From assembly GCF_041146345.1 (NCBI RefSeq), contig NW_027191419.1, forward strand, positions 806,001-870,000: a stretch of 64,000 nucleotides of DNA, read 5' to 3'. Source of the stretch: Neodothiora populina (lineage: Eukaryota). The notes under the pieces are model-generated. The model was not told the origin of the DNA. It saw nothing but the letters and a program-made list of their open reading frames with translations, and searched no databases. This document shows positions 24,989-38,100 of this stretch, piece by piece. The position numbers and the translations under genes are program-made. Position 1 is the stretch's first letter. Every line of letters starts with the position of its first letter.

Positions 24989-25405
24989 TCAAAACTCCAT
25001 GACTTCAGCAAACATGCTTTGCTTGACCTGTCTATCGATGTCCACGAGCTGTACGGAAGGCACACTGCTGTCGGCAATGCTGTTGGTCTCAGTCTGTGTT
25101 CTTACCGACTCGACGTGGCTCTGGTTATCGTAGTCCCACGAAAACACCGGCATATCATCCTTGCTGAAATATAAACTCGGTAGCTGCGGTACTTCATCCG
25201 CTTGTTTTTTCTGAGCTTTGATGGTTTTTGCCTTCTTCGGCCGCACGCTGTGAGATGGGTTGAACATGTCAATAACATGCATGTCGACAAGGCCATGCGA
25301 CAGGTGCAATACTTACGTCTCAGTCCGTGTCTCCTGTTGCTTCCGCTTCTTCCAGGAAGACTTTACTTTCGACATTATCGTAGATATTGACGTTAACGCC
25401 ACCAT
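24989..25405 (-). CDS. Small hypothetical protein, 2 exons
   Basis: ATG exon (..MSKVKSSWKKRKQQETRTET) with a GTAAGT donor near 25316 splices in phase into ORF 24989..25309; no recognisable family. Confidence 0.4.
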
Positions 25406-27300
25406 TGTTCCGATGGTTATTCAAATGCTCTTGTCCAAATGATGTCTGGTTATTGTAGGCGCAGGTTCTCATCAACGATAGACCCAAGGTTTATACCTTC
25501 TTCAGAGAGATTGACGATGATTTAGAGGCGGTGACTTGCTACGTTTCATGTTGCACGTCCCTAGGATGAGCGAGAGCAAATTGCGGTCGTGCGGTGGCAC
25601 CAATATATCAAAACAAAGATCGACCGTTTATCTGGTTTGCATGTAGCTTGCCGTTATGGACTACGAATCCCCGTGCTAACAATCTAATCAGGCTTGGCAC
25701 CGAACGACCGGGAATTCTGCAATATCGAACAAAGATCTACGCCAGTGCTCCTTTATAGGCACTTTCAAGTCTGTTCGATATGAACGATAGTGTTCTCATC
25801 TCGTATATATCGACGAGGAGCCGAGACAGTGGTACATGGTTGGTGGATGAATATACAGCAGAGATGTTCTCATTATTTCTCTCGAAGCGCTGGCTACCTT
25901 ATGTATGTTGTCGTTTGATTGTCAGATGAGAATGAGGATGTAGTTTCAACCACTATGTCCACGTAGACACGGACAGATTGCTATCACCCTCCTCTACGTG
26001 TGAGGCTGCTCTGAGAGACATGCAGCGACAGGTGAATGCGTACGAGCGAGACACACGATTTCACTGGCAGAGTGAATTGATGATCTCCAGCCTAGGATAT
26101 CGCGTCACTAGTCATTGATGACAATATGAGTAGATAGGGTGGCGTCCGTAGCTTGCAATTGTCGTAGACATATCTACTCCGGCAACATGCTTGCATGATT
26201 CAAGAAGCCCGGACAGGAAGCTGCTGGCAGTCCAAATCATGTTCCATGTACTCGTGTATGACCGTTGAGCGAAGTCGACATATACATCACTTCGGCTTGA
26301 GGTACCAGTATCCATACCAATCACGCAGGTTTTGTCTTGGCGATAGCATTTTGACCATCTGTGCGCCCAATGCTGCTGCACAACGACAAAGCAACAGTAA
26401 TCAGGTGCTCCACACGCCTATAAAGATCTAGCAGAATGACGAGGGATCTTCATGGAAGAACGATCTTAGAATCCATGGCTGTGCCGCCGTTTCTAAAGAA
26501 AGATCAACGACGGTGGAAAAGTGGCTGGGTAGGGCTGGCTTGCCAAGGGTAAGCATCATACCGAACCTTCTCCGGCCTCAGCCACAAGGCCTCATCTTAA
26601 TTATTGCCATATGGACATTTGTCTCATCTTCCTTCCCTGATTGACATTAACAGCATCATTATACCTAATCAAAGGAGACAGGCTCTCGGAAGCATCGCAG
26701 ACCCCCCAAATCAGAAAGTTTGGGTGTTTTATGAACAATTAAATACCACAAGCAAGAATGTCCCTCATCGCACTCTTTCACCCGCTTGATATGTCGTAAG
26801 TTCAACATTTCCGTCGAATTGAGCTGTCGCAAGAGTTCTCCTGAGCTTGCAAGACCTTTGTGCCAGCTACAATTGACGGTGCCATTGATTGCTCTATTTC
26901 TAACAATCATCAGGTGACGATTTACGATGGATCACCGACGTGGTACAACCATACGAAGAGACAACGCATCTTTAATGTTGCGTACCATTTCAAAAACTCG
27001 ACATTTCTATTATTGAAAGCTGCCATAAGTGTGCAGCACCGAAAAGTTCCGCCCGCATTCCCGGAAACGACTCTTTCTCCCGGTCATAGTAAATTTATAT
27101 CGATTTCTGCGATTGACTCCGCTGGACGCGAGTCTGTTATCAGCCCAGTTGCGCCATTGCCTGGGACTAGCTAAGCGCAACGCATCGCATCTACTCGATC
27201 TAGGTGGACTTAGCAATCTTTCTACTTGACAGCGACATATTGCCGCCAGGAGGAACCGCTATCGATCAGCACTCACTACTCTGCTCGCAAACTGATCAAT

Positions 27301-28011
27301 ATGTCTTATGACTTGCCAAACTCCCATGTGGTGGCCCCTTGTACTCACAACAGTCTTACTCATCGTCTGACTTGTTCACACCTAATAATCACAACCAGAC
27401 CTACAGAAGACTGCGCTGGCAATTGTTTCGACGCCAGGGGTGGTCCTATGCGCTCTCTGTATTCTCTCCCACCAAATCCGCGTAACTTGGACAAGGCTTT
27501 TATTTGTCCTAAAGGCTGTGCTCTGGATCCGACCATCTTTCCAGCAGGGAAGAAAAAGAATTTGCAGCTTTGTCAGCTCATACCCGAAAGCGTGCAAGAA
27601 GAAGACGTTCAAGATCGTCGGCGCAGCGTGGCGTATTTCGAACATAATCAATTCGCAATCTCCCAGACTCTAGCAAAATTATTGGAGGAAAGTGACTCGC
27701 CGGCGAGCCCACAGTACTCTGAGATTGACTTTGCCGGGATGGCTGAGACGGAACATGCCAGAAGGCAACGTGTCAGGTCATCGACTCCGTCTATGATGAG
27801 TCGACAAAGACTTTCGAGGATGATGTTGTCCAAACAGCGTGACTCGGCAATTTCTGGTATACTCAGTGAAGCTGGAGTAGGAGACCGCACAAGCAGGTCT
27901 TCTGTCTCAAGTCAGACCGACTTGAAGGATCTCAACCTACCGAGAGCATCCGTGGCAAGCCAAACAAGCCTCAGACAGCTGGGGTTGACAGACCTGGCAT
28001 CGCATGGCTGA
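27301..28011 (+). CDS. Hypothetical protein with N-terminal Cys/His-rich, possibly metal-binding motif
   Basis: ORF of 236 aa from ATG 27301; CTH..HRLTCSH..CAGNC..FICPKGC pattern. Confidence 0.55.
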   Translation: MSYDLPNSHVVAPCTHNSLTHRLTCSHLIITTRPTEDCAGNCFDARGGPMRSLYSLPPNPRNLDKAFICPKGCALDPTIFPAGKKKNLQLCQLIPESVQEEDVQDRRRSVAYFEHNQFAISQTLAKLLEESDSPASPQYSEIDFAGMAETEHARRQRVRSSTPSMMSRQRLSRMMLSKQRDSAISGILSEAGVGDRTSRSSVSSQTDLKDLNLPRASVASQTSLRQLGLTDLASHG

Positions 28012-28884
28012 GATCAGCACTCGTTCATAATCTACAGCAACGAACGTCCGGCGTGGAGACGGATGAGCAATTGAACAGTCAATTGCCTTCCTCTCTGTGA
28101 TGCGGCTCCGATCTCGATCTCTATTCGGCTCTCCTCCATTTGCACATGTATCACTACGCTGACGCTGGCGTCACTCTCGGCCTCCTGTCTGATCGATTTC
28201 GGAGGCTTGGTTTTGTGATTTTCTTTCTCAGACATCAGACATCATGTCTGTACATTTCAGCATGCGGAATATTTCCTCCATATACCCCAGCTCGCGCATT
28301 ACGATTGCGCAGTCATACAACTTTTACTATGTTTTTCCTTTTCTAGCCTATTGCGGATCATCGGATGGTTATTTCCTTTTGCTGTATACGAAGCTAGTCA
28401 TATAGAATTGTGACAGCTACCAGAATGGGAATCTCGTTCACTCGATTTTGACTTGAACAAAGAAATCACTTGACGTGGAGGTGTGGTTAAACAATAGGAC
28501 TTGATAAGGCCATATGGTCGCAAGACCACCTCAGCCAAGTCTTTCCTTAAAGAGTCGCACACGTCAAATAGTTTGACCTGGACTTTCCTGCCCGTTACAA
28601 CTGGTAGTCAATTTCCACGCGCCTGTGACACATGTAGTCCCTTGATTGAAGACAAATATTCATGAGGTGAGCTCAAGGGCGATGCAAGGAGCAATGCGTT
28701 TTGACGTCACCAGTGACCATAAAGGCTTATCGCTGACCCGATAAGAGCTGCGAAAACTTCCCCTCCAAATAGCAAAAGTCTATTCTGCTTTCTGATCACA
28801 TACACTTTGATATTTCAACTCTTACAAATACCAGATCACACCCTTTTTACAGTCTATTCAGCTCAAGCTCAGCAATCAGTCAAC

Positions 28885-29593
28885 ATGTCCAGCACTATCC
28901 CCACCAGCACCTCCGTCGTCGAGTCGGCCGTCATCAAGGGTATGAATGAAAATGAAAAATTGCCCCGCTTTCCCCTCTTTTTGTCTTTTGATTTTCTATA
29001 TCGATGCAAACACACATACACATGGTCGGCACGCCGTGCATTAATGGTAGAGTGCGACTAACACGATTTTGGTATCCGCAATCAGCCCCTCTGTCCCACG
29101 TCTGGCACTTCGTCAAGCTCCAGGACTTCAGCAAGTTTTGGACCGCGCTTAAGAGCAGCGACTACGTCAAGGGCGCCAGCTCCGAGACGGACATCGTCAA
29201 GTGGACTTTCAACGACGGCACCGTCGTCGAGGTCAAGCAGGAGGAGCACTCCACCCTCAACCACTACATCACTTACTCCGTCATCACCTCGGAGCCTGCC
29301 GTCTCTTACACCAGCGTCGTCAGCACCATCCGCTGCTACGCCGTCACCAGTGGTGAGGCCGAGGGAAGCACCTACGTTGAGTGGACTGGCAACTTCTCTT
29401 CCGACGCCGATGCCGGTATGTTCTTTTTCTCCTCTCATCAGCTCTGGCTATGCCCTGTAGCGGGCAAGCCCCTCTGAGGAGGGCTGTTTCATGCTATGAA
29501 ATCGCTGACTTTTGTGCAGGTGTTATCCAGGACGGCAAGTTCAAGCGTCGCGACGCTCTCGCCGACCTCGCCAAGGCAGCCAAGAAGATGTAA
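28885..29593 (+). CDS. Bet v1-like / SRPBCC (polyketide cyclase-like) protein, 3 exons
   Basis: MSSTIPTSTSVVESAVIK|APLSHVWHFVKLQDF..HYITYSVITSEP..VEWTGNFSSDADA|GVIQDGKFKRRDALADL; canonical introns; strong codon bias. Confidence 0.85.
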
Positions 29594-30434
29594 AGTGCTT
29601 TGCATCAATGGCATAAATATGTTTTGTGATGGTCACGAAATCAAATGAAAGGGGGTTAAAAGGGAAACAAGACTCTTTTTTTTGTTCTAGCTTCACTAAG
29701 AATCCACGCACTGAATTCACCATACCATTTTGGAAGAGCAATGACGCGAGATTGATTGAAGAGCCGAATCGACGACGATGACGGATAACGTACTGGTGGG
29801 TTTTTGCATGCATGACTACCTTACTTACTGCACCTTTCGTAGCACTGTTTAAGCAAAGTAAACATCCCTTCACTTCGGAATTGGTACAACCATGGTATTA
29901 TTGCTATCCAACGTGCACTATATCATGAAGCTGAAGCGACCTGGCTCTTCTCGTGGATCAACTCTCTTCGAGCACAACTAATCCTATTGCCTACCTTATG
30001 TTTGAATTATGAACAATCACGCAAGTAGGGCGGCATGATACATGATATCCACTTCGGCGACTCTCAATGTTTTGGCCGACAATATACTACATGTCGCCCA
30101 TTGAAGAACGTGGAGGAAAGCCTTGCCTGCTATGTGCACTCAACACATTTCGCTCATCGATGGACAATGACTACGAACGGCACTAAGATGCAGTGAGTGG
30201 CTTGTCAACGTTGGTAAAAGTGCATACGTGGAAGACAAAGACTAGAAAACAGGACTAAATATGTGTACAAAGCAAAGAGAAACTAAAATACAATAACAAA
30301 GGGTATCATGCTTCGATAAAGTCATGCAATCAGCCACACCTGAAACGAATGCCCCGTAATGCAAGTCCTGCAGCCGAGGAAAGTGATGTTCTCGACGGCG
30401 CGTTATAGAAATCGCCAGTCTGGTCAAACGCCCC

Positions 30435-31374
30435 TCAGGACTTCTTGCTCTTCTTCTTGGTGCCTGGACCCTTTGCAGCGCTAAGAATCGAAACAACCTC
30501 CTCGCTGCTCATCTTCACTCCGTCTCCAGCACTGTCCTCAATCAGTTGATAGAGTTCTTCCTGGCTGATCTTCTCGACATGGGCGAATTTTGACTTCTGA
30601 AGCTCGGCCAGCTTGGCAGCACCTGGTTTGGCACCGACAACAAGGTGGTCGAGCTCAGGCTTCATGGACTTGAGGATCTCGCCGCCGTACACCTCGATCA
30701 AAGCGTCGGCCTGAACACGAGTCCAGGGGTCAAGAGTGCCAGTCACGAGAAATTTGTAATCCCGAAGACATCCTCCCTCTCCACTGGGAGCCGACTGCGA
30801 TACGACGTCAGTGTGGACCATGAGCTTCGTGTAGTAACTCGGGACTTACCTGTTGATTGGTTTCATCTTTTTCATCATGTCCATTGGTGTCGTCGGTGGT
30901 CTTGCGCTTGGAACCAGCTCTTGTGGTGGATTTGGTCACAGGAGGGGGTGTCACTTGGGCTTCAACACCATCTGCGGCGTCCGATTCGTCGTTGATCACA
31001 GGCGAGTCAGTCTTCTTGGGCTTGCTCGCAGGCTTGCCAGCCTTGGTTGTTGGTAATGGGTTGACGGTTCCGCCTTGAAGCAGAGTTCTGGTGACATGTG
31101 CATGACCGCCTAGATCTTCGGACCCGTCATGGTGGAAGAAGAAGGTTTTTCCATCAAAGTCGTTTCCACTAACATTCCGACACTCGTAACCATGGGATGG
31201 CATCAGGTCATCGAAAGAAGTCAGAGCTGCATGATTGGCGGCTTCGACATCGGCGAAGGCTCGTATCGAGGCCATCGTTGCTGCGACAGGGCCAAACTCG
31301 CTGTTGTCGCGATTCTTCACCTCCACGAGATAGACGTAGCTCTGTTGAGCAGCAGTGAGTTTCTTGGGAGGCAT
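30435..31374 (-). CDS. BRCT-domain protein (RFC1/NAD-ligase-like BRCT), 2 exons
   Basis: Exon 1 from MPPKK with a GTAAGT donor near 30849; exon 2 contains CLRDYKFLVTGTL..TRVQADALIEVYGG..LDHLVVGAKPGAAKL..ISQEELYQLI. Confidence 0.75.
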
Positions 31375-32236
31375 GTTGGACGATGACAATGATTGCTTTT
31401 GTGAGATTCGTCGAGACTTGTGAAAGGATTGCAAGGACAATTGATGGACTCAATCTCGCGTGCAAGAGCTGGACAGATGGAAGAGATGACTTTTGGAATG
31501 GAGGAAGATAAGTCAAAGTGGTTGGATATGCATGTGGTTTTGTATAAGGAAGGAAGGTGTGGAGACGCTCGGCCCCATGGAGTGAAAGCCAGGCAACAGT
31601 GCCTTCCTCGCAGGCTCCAGTCGACGCGATTTGACGTGTTATAAGCAAAGCGACAAGGCAGAAGTGACCACTTACTCGAATGATACTTCCCGGTGTTTTC
31701 TTTGTAGAGGTACCATACCTTACCTTAGCAAATTCGGCAATGTGCACATTTGTCTTTACCTACCTTATTTAATCGAGTCGTATTCAGATGAAATACAATA
31801 CAAGTGTGCGTGTTCTCAACGTGACTACCGCGCAATAAAGTCATCAGCTCCGAGTGCATTAAGCACTGTCTTTGATTCGTAGTGATGTGAAGCCGTGATA
31901 GAGCAACAAGGGTATGAGTTTTCGCCATGGGATCACATGTCTCTTCCCAGCGACGTGATTGACGCGTTATTGATACGCCTGGTATGAGGTTTCTACACGA
32001 TCTTTTCAAGCAAGCAGAAAGACCAGCCCGGTGTTGATGAGACATGTCAGCGTGGCGCCCATTGCCCTTGCGCAGTGAGAACGGCTTCTCGTTAATTAGA
32101 GGAGACTCCAGCAACGCCGGCCTTTGTTCTTATGATTAGGCAAGGTCTGTTGCGACGTGCGAGCCTCGTGCCGTCCCACGGTACACTTCCTGGTCGAGAG
32201 CAGGCGGCTGACCTGTATACGAGATCATATGAGAAT

Positions 32237-32557
32237 CTATTGCTGACTCTGACGCGCAATATCTAGCTGGCCTAGAGCTCTTCTCGCTTCCTCGGCTTCG
32301 ACCTGACCAATTCGCGCCCGCTCGATTTCTTCCGTGATCATATCTTGTAGTCGTCGAGAGGGACCATGATGACTTTGACCATTGGTCATTTCGGATCGGC
32401 TCTGCTGCCTGCGTGTGAAGTTCTCGTGACGACTCATAGCTCGATCAATGTCGCTCTTGACATCTGCGAGCAGCTGCTCGAACTCGGAGGAGGTTTGCGA
32501 ATTCTCGTCTGTTTGTGTGCCATCTCTAAACGCGAGGGTGGTGTTGCTTGACGACAT
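32237..32557 (-). CDS. Small hypothetical protein
   Basis: About 106-aa ORF with helical, charged, protein-like composition; no family recognised. Confidence 0.4.
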   Translation of the reverse strand: MSSSNTTLAFRDGTQTDENSQTSSEFEQLLADVKSDIDRAMSRHENFTRRQQSRSEMTNGQSHHGPSRRLQDMITEEIERARIGQVEAEEARRALGQLDIARQSQQ

Positions 32558-32940
32558 TGTCGGTAGCACTTATTCACGAATGGGCTTCATGATGTTGTCG
32601 TTTCTGCACGGATGCAAGTCATCGACGAGAGTAAGACGATTGTGATACAGGGAGATGGCCGGTTTACGGTATCGAAAATCAGCCGAGGTTCGCCCGTACG
32701 TTCCTCACTTCGGAACCTTCAAGGTATGCAGGTCCAAGGTGTTTACTATACGATTGTCTTGTCTATCTTTACGACCAATGAGCAGGACATGTATCTTACT
32801 CTATATCAACAGGGTTCACGTCGTCTGGACTCTAAGCCTGTTTTGTCCCCGGTCGTATTCGTTCTTCAAGACCGTCGTAAGTCTAGATTTCATTCTTATT
32901 TCCATATCATAACTTTTTGTGTCTAGTGTCAAGGTCGAAT

Positions 32941-35376
32941 CTACCGTGCACCCTGGAAATCGGGTTTGTACGTAACTGCACCTCCTTTGGTCATCTCTCT
33001 TAATGCCATGGTGGCATACTGGCTGCTGCCGAGCTGCATCTTGAGAACGACTGCAATCTTCTCTCGCTCGTTCGAGTCATCGACTGCAGGCTTGCTGTCC
33101 TCCATCTTGACATCCTCTGCAGGCTTTGCATCAGCAGTCTCACCCTCCTGCACAAGACCGTTAGCGGCAGCACTTCTGGTCTTGTTCGCCTCTTCCTCGC
33201 CCACGAGCTTCTCCAGATCTGTCTGCACCATCTGCTCGTCATCTGCCTTATATGTCTTGACTTCACAACTGACGTCCTCTGGGCGAGCCATGATCTTTCT
33301 GTAGCCACCCGAAAGCGAGATGTCCTTCCATTTCCTGCGCATGTCGAGCGGGTTTAGGTTGCCACCTTGCCCGCTGCCCATGAAATCCTTATAGAACTGA
33401 CCGAGGCTGTTGGAGGGGTAGATGACATCGAATCCTGGCAGGGGGAGAACAAGATCGAAGATGGAGTATTTGCCGCTCAGAGCCTCTTCCTTCTTCAAGG
33501 CGCGCGCACGATCGAATTTCTCTTCCAGCGTTGTGGCTGCGTCATCGCCAACAGGACGGATGATGACTTCGCCGTCTTCGTCGACGTCCTCGAGAGGAAC
33601 TTCCTCCTCCTTGATCTCCTTGTCTTTGTGTTCGTGGACAAGTACAAGATCGCCCTCGACGACCTTGTTGCCATACTCCTGCCAGCGCTTGCCGGCTGCC
33701 ATGTTCCAAACGAGCGACTGGTAGGCGTGAACGTACATGAGGCGCATGTTGCGTGCGATGCCATTGAGTGCACCCTGCCAATCATGACGTCTCTTGAACT
33801 CGCCCGTTTTCCTGTCTACCCAACCAAGATGGCGAATGATGGCGTTCTCGGCCTGGAAGCGTCGTGGCAGCTTGTCCAATGCGGGTCCCATCTTGCCGGT
33901 AGACTCCCAGATGTGCAGAGCTTCGGCGCGAGCCATGTCGTCTTGACTGATCTTGACGGATTCGTCGAGCTCGCCTTTGCTGGCCTTCTGTGCGGCTTCC
34001 AGTGCAGCGGGGGAGTAGGCGCAGATCATCTCCACGGCGCCTCTGAGGTTGCCTTGAAGCATGCGCATGCCGATCTCGTGTGTGCCGATACTGAATGAGC
34101 CGAAGCGTTGCAGACCGTAGTAGTTGATGAAGCCAGTCTCTTGGAAGTTGGTCAAGGCTTTGTGTGCAATCTGCCTGGCATATTCGAGTTTTGCTGCAGA
34201 GTCCGACGGTGAGTCTGGGAAAGTGCAGTCACGAAGCGTGATGGTAAACTCATTTCCATAGAGGTCGCCAAGCTCCAAGCCATGCCTCTGGTACTTGAAT
34301 CCGCCGATTCTGGCAGCTCGGAGGTGACGATTCAGATTCTGCAAACGTTCGGCCTTGATGCGGAAAGCAGCGACACGCTGCACCGTGACACCTCTTCTGT
34401 CCTTGGTTCCGGCAAACTGAAAGTTCTTGATGGCAACTTTCAGCTGAGAAGCAATAAAGTAAAGAACCTCCATGGTGTCCTTGTTCTCCTTGTAGAGTGT
34501 GAAATGCAGGTATTCACCACCGAGCTCCTCCCATCCGACCTTGCCCTTTGGCTGGTTCTCGCCAAGAGTGCGGCTGTCCTGTCGTGGCTGCGAATTGGCA
34601 GATATAGGGCAAGCTTTGATGAGAATGCTGTTGTCGTCTCCCGTCATCGTCTCAATCAAGCCCTTGAAGACGCGGCGGACTGCGATGTGAGCATCGGTGC
34701 GCTTCTGCTTGTCCTCGATGATTTCTGACTGGAAGTTCTGGAAGTCACGGGCCTTGCGACCCGGTCTTGACGCCACTCTGCCGTACAAAGTGATGAGATC
34801 TCTCGCCGTCTTCTGTCCAAAGATGCTCTCGATCATTTTCACGTCGCTCTCTTCTAAAGCAGCGATGGCAGCATTCTTGCGTTCTTCAGCGGTGGCTTCC
34901 TCCTTGTCCTGAGCGCTGACTGCAGCCTCTGCGGCTTTCGCCTCCTTGAATTTCTTCTCTTCCTCCTTTTTAGCCATCAATGCTGCTTGGGCTTCATCTT
35001 GACCATGTGTTGGAACGTCGCCCTCGCTCTTCTTTTCAGTCTTCTCCTTCTTCTGGCGCTGCTCTGGCTTCGCAATGTCCTCCAAATGCAGCACGTGCTT
35101 GTTCAAGAGAATTTCATTGACGAGGAAATCTGTATACCTCTTTTTTACAATTCCGGTGAAGCCAGGCGCATCGGTCGACCATGCACTAATTCCCACTTTC
35201 TGTTCTTGTTCTAATTGTGTCTTTGCCGCATCTTCTGAGTTCAGTGGGAGATCGATCTCGACTTCATCTTCCTCGCTTCCGAAAGGAATGACGGGAGTAA
35301 GCAATGCATTATTACTTGGTCCATTCAGACGCTGCTTCTTGCGCGGTTGCTCGGAAAGATCATCGCGAGCAGACAT
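32941..35376 (-). CDS. PUS7: Multisubstrate pseudouridine synthase 7 (TruD family)
   Basis: GIVKKRYTDFLVNEI, catalytic FAGTKDRRGVTVQ, GFINYYGLQRFG, MYVHAYQSLVWN and QYATMALRE. Confidence 0.95.
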   Translation of the reverse strand: MSARDDLSEQPRKKQRLNGPSNNALLTPVIPFGSEEDEVEIDLPLNSEDAAKTQLEQEQKVGISAWSTDAPGFTGIVKKRYTDFLVNEILLNKHVLHLEDIAKPEQRQKKEKTEKKSEGDVPTHGQDEAQAALMAKKEEEKKFKEAKAAEAAVSAQDKEEATAEERKNAAIAALEESDVKMIESIFGQKTARDLITLYGRVASRPGRKARDFQNFQSEIIEDKQKRTDAHIAVRRVFKGLIETMTGDDNSILIKACPISANSQPRQDSRTLGENQPKGKVGWEELGGEYLHFTLYKENKDTMEVLYFIASQLKVAIKNFQFAGTKDRRGVTVQRVAAFRIKAERLQNLNRHLRAARIGGFKYQRHGLELGDLYGNEFTITLRDCTFPDSPSDSAAKLEYARQIAHKALTNFQETGFINYYGLQRFGSFSIGTHEIGMRMLQGNLRGAVEMICAYSPAALEAAQKASKGELDESVKISQDDMARAEALHIWESTGKMGPALDKLPRRFQAENAIIRHLGWVDRKTGEFKRRHDWQGALNGIARNMRLMYVHAYQSLVWNMAAGKRWQEYGNKVVEGDLVLVHEHKDKEIKEEEVPLEDVDEDGEVIIRPVGDDAATTLEEKFDRARALKKEEALSGKYSIFDLVLPLPGFDVIYPSNSLGQFYKDFMGSGQGGNLNPLDMRRKWKDISLSGGYRKIMARPEDVSCEVKTYKADDEQMVQTDLEKLVGEEEANKTRSAAANGLVQEGETADAKPAEDVKMEDSKPAVDDSNEREKIAVVLKMQLGSSQYATMALREMTKGGAVTYKPDFQGAR

Positions 35377-36690
35377 GATAGAGCGATCGTTTGCAGAAGA
35401 GTTGGTGGTGATGTGACTTACTTATCGATTAATTATTCTTCTTTTAATTTTCTTCTTCGACGATATGCAGAGCTGGGGACAAGCTTCGACTCCACAATTG
35501 AGTCAAGTTCGGGGCGAATCATCGCGTTTCTGACTCGCTCGTTTCTGGCATCGTCACGACGCAGGTCACCCACCCTGTCTTAATGGGTTTGGAGCAGCGA
35601 GCACATTACTTGTCGCCAGATGCGGATACACAAAGGACATCAGCATGACCTCGACTCAGCTCAGCTCAGCTCAATCGTTGTCTGGAATTTGTACATTGCA
35701 CTTTGGCTTGACGCGGTCATACCAAGACCAAAGCCTCAAGTCTGCAGCAAAGCACAACAAGTGTTTGAACATTGTCAACTTCGCCTCGCAGATCCATGGT
35801 GCACGCTGAGCTGCCAGGTACCAACTTAAGCTTTCATGACAAGTACGAGGGACATGCTCTTGGAAAGCTAAGGTACCTTAGGTGTACCTTAACTCAGGTA
35901 GGATATGGCACTGCGCCTGCAAGGATCACCAAATGCGAAAGTCCAGTAGTTGCTGGTCATTGCGCATCTTTGCACGAAAGTCTAAACTTATTTTTGTCAA
36001 CAGAGCGACCCTGACAGACTACATGGGGGGAGCAGACATGACAAAGTCAATCCTTCGTTCCAGCAGAACTCAGCTGACGTTTCACCATCTCATGAGCCGT
36101 TAGCCATACGAGTTACGCAGGAAGAGCTCGCTTTCTCGAATCATGGACTCGTGCCGCGCTCTACCCCAACTTCTGGACTACGAGTAATGATCTCCAACGA
36201 TCGACTTCTCGCCGTGTGCAGAGCATGTGAAGGTAGCTGCTTACAGTAAGGTACCTAGGTAGCTTTGCGAGCTGCAAGCTGTGAAGCGACATATCCTCCA
36301 CTAAGGAAAACCATGTCTCAGCCGTCTGCGGCTGACGACTTTCCTCAACCAAGCCGCCTTATAGGGCCCGTTACTTGATTGTCAACGCCTTTTGCCAGAT
36401 GCCTCCGTTGATCGTTAGGAATCGCATGCAGGTGCGCTGACGGTCGTTGATCGGCTAGTCTCGATTCAAGTCGTGAAACCCCCGAGTTAATCCCAGAACG
36501 AGTAGTCAGGTAAATAAGGCGGAACCACAGTGACTTGGTACAGTGGTACAATACTGTCCAGTACACGATTTCGTCGCTGCATCCTTCCACCTCTCTGCGT
36601 TCATCATCTTCCAGTTCATATACCTTTCTGCCTATCCTGTTCCCATCCGTCGTTTTGCGTCAATGGTAGTCGGCCCACCTTTCGTCGGTC

Positions 36691-38100
36691 ATGAGTCTTA
36701 AAAGCGTCCAAAATCGCTGGCGCCATTGTCTCGTAGTTTCTTTTTTTGTCTTGTCTTTTCTGTACTTCTACGTTACGAGACACTCTCTCGGGTCCGGAGA
36801 TGTCATCCGAGTGGAGACTCCATTGAACCATCGCCCTGTGTCTACTTCTTCTCCGTCCACTTATGTTGCGCCGTCGACTGTCGCGGAGCCGCCTCCTCAG
36901 GTATGTCTCTGGTCAAAAGACCTATGCGACTTGCACAGGTCTTGCTGCAGTGGTGCATGGGTGACTGATTTTGCGTAGAAGATAGAAAATGAATCCAAGA
37001 CTGCAGTAGTAGACCCTGCTGCTAAGGAATCTTCAGTAACCAAGCCTCCTCCAAAGGCATTTTCGGTGGCATCTTCTGTAAAGGAGGCTCCCGCAAAGGA
37101 AACTCCCGCAAAGGAAACTTCGGTCAAGGAACCGCCCGCCAAGGATGCCTCTATCAAGGAATCTGCGCGTGAACCAAGTCGGACTCTTGTCATCGCAAAA
37201 ACATCAGAGGAGAACACGGACTGGATCGGGCAGGGTCTGAATCAACTGACTTCATTCAAAGCCGCTGTGTATGTTGTCAACGATGGCAACGCTACATATC
37301 GTGTTCCCAAGAACAAGGGCCACGAAGCCATGGTGTATCTGACATATGTCATTGATCATTACGACGACCTCGCCGACGTCACCATGTTCATGCATGCTCA
37401 CATGCTCGCGTGGCACAACAATGACATTCTCGATTCTAACGCGGCCGAGATGGTGAAAGCGCTGCGGCCTGAGCGTGTGCTTCGCGAGGGATACATGAAT
37501 ATGCGATGCCATTGGGACCCGGGCTGTCCAGCGCACATCCGCCCCACCGAGACCGAGGAGGACATCAACATCCCCGAAGCAGCGATCATGGGCCGTGTGT
37601 GGAAGCAATTGTTCCCTGGCGAAAAGGTCCCCGACGTTCTCTCTCAGCCATGTTGCGCTCAAATGGCCGTCAGTCGCGATCGCATCCGTCTGCTTCCCCG
37701 ACAGCGGTACATTTCTCTCCGCGACTGGATCATCAATTCAGACCTGGAAGACCGACTGTCCGGACGTGTGTTTGAATATGTATGGCAGTATCTCTGGACC
37801 GGCGAATACGAGTTTTGTCCGTTGCAGAGCGTGTGCTATTGTGATGGCTACGGTATATGCTTCGGCGGCGAAGAAGAATACGCCTTTTCCACCGGATTGA
37901 AGAAAAAGGCATCTGAGATTCGCGAAAAGTTGAACCACGTTTTCGACGGTACTGGAACCATGTACGAAGACCAGTACACCGCGCTAGAACACCAGGCGAG
38001 TCATGCCGAGGAGCAATGGAAGGTGCTGAGAGAGAAGGCGTTTGAGAGAGGCAAGGACCCGCGGAACCGAGCCTTTGAAGCTGGAAGAGCGGAGGGCTGA
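36691..38100 (+). CDS. DUF3431 family type II membrane protein, 2 exons
   Basis: N-terminal TM segment, intron ~36901-36979, then VPKNKGHEAMVYLTYVIDHYD, WHNND, YMNMRCHWDPGCP, CCAQMAVSRDRI and SGRVFEYVWQY. Confidence 0.85.
37081..37170 (+). repeat. Coding 15-bp degenerate tandem repeat (K-E/D-x-P/S-x x6)
   Basis: AAGGA.. units spaced every 15 bp. Confidence 0.8.
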
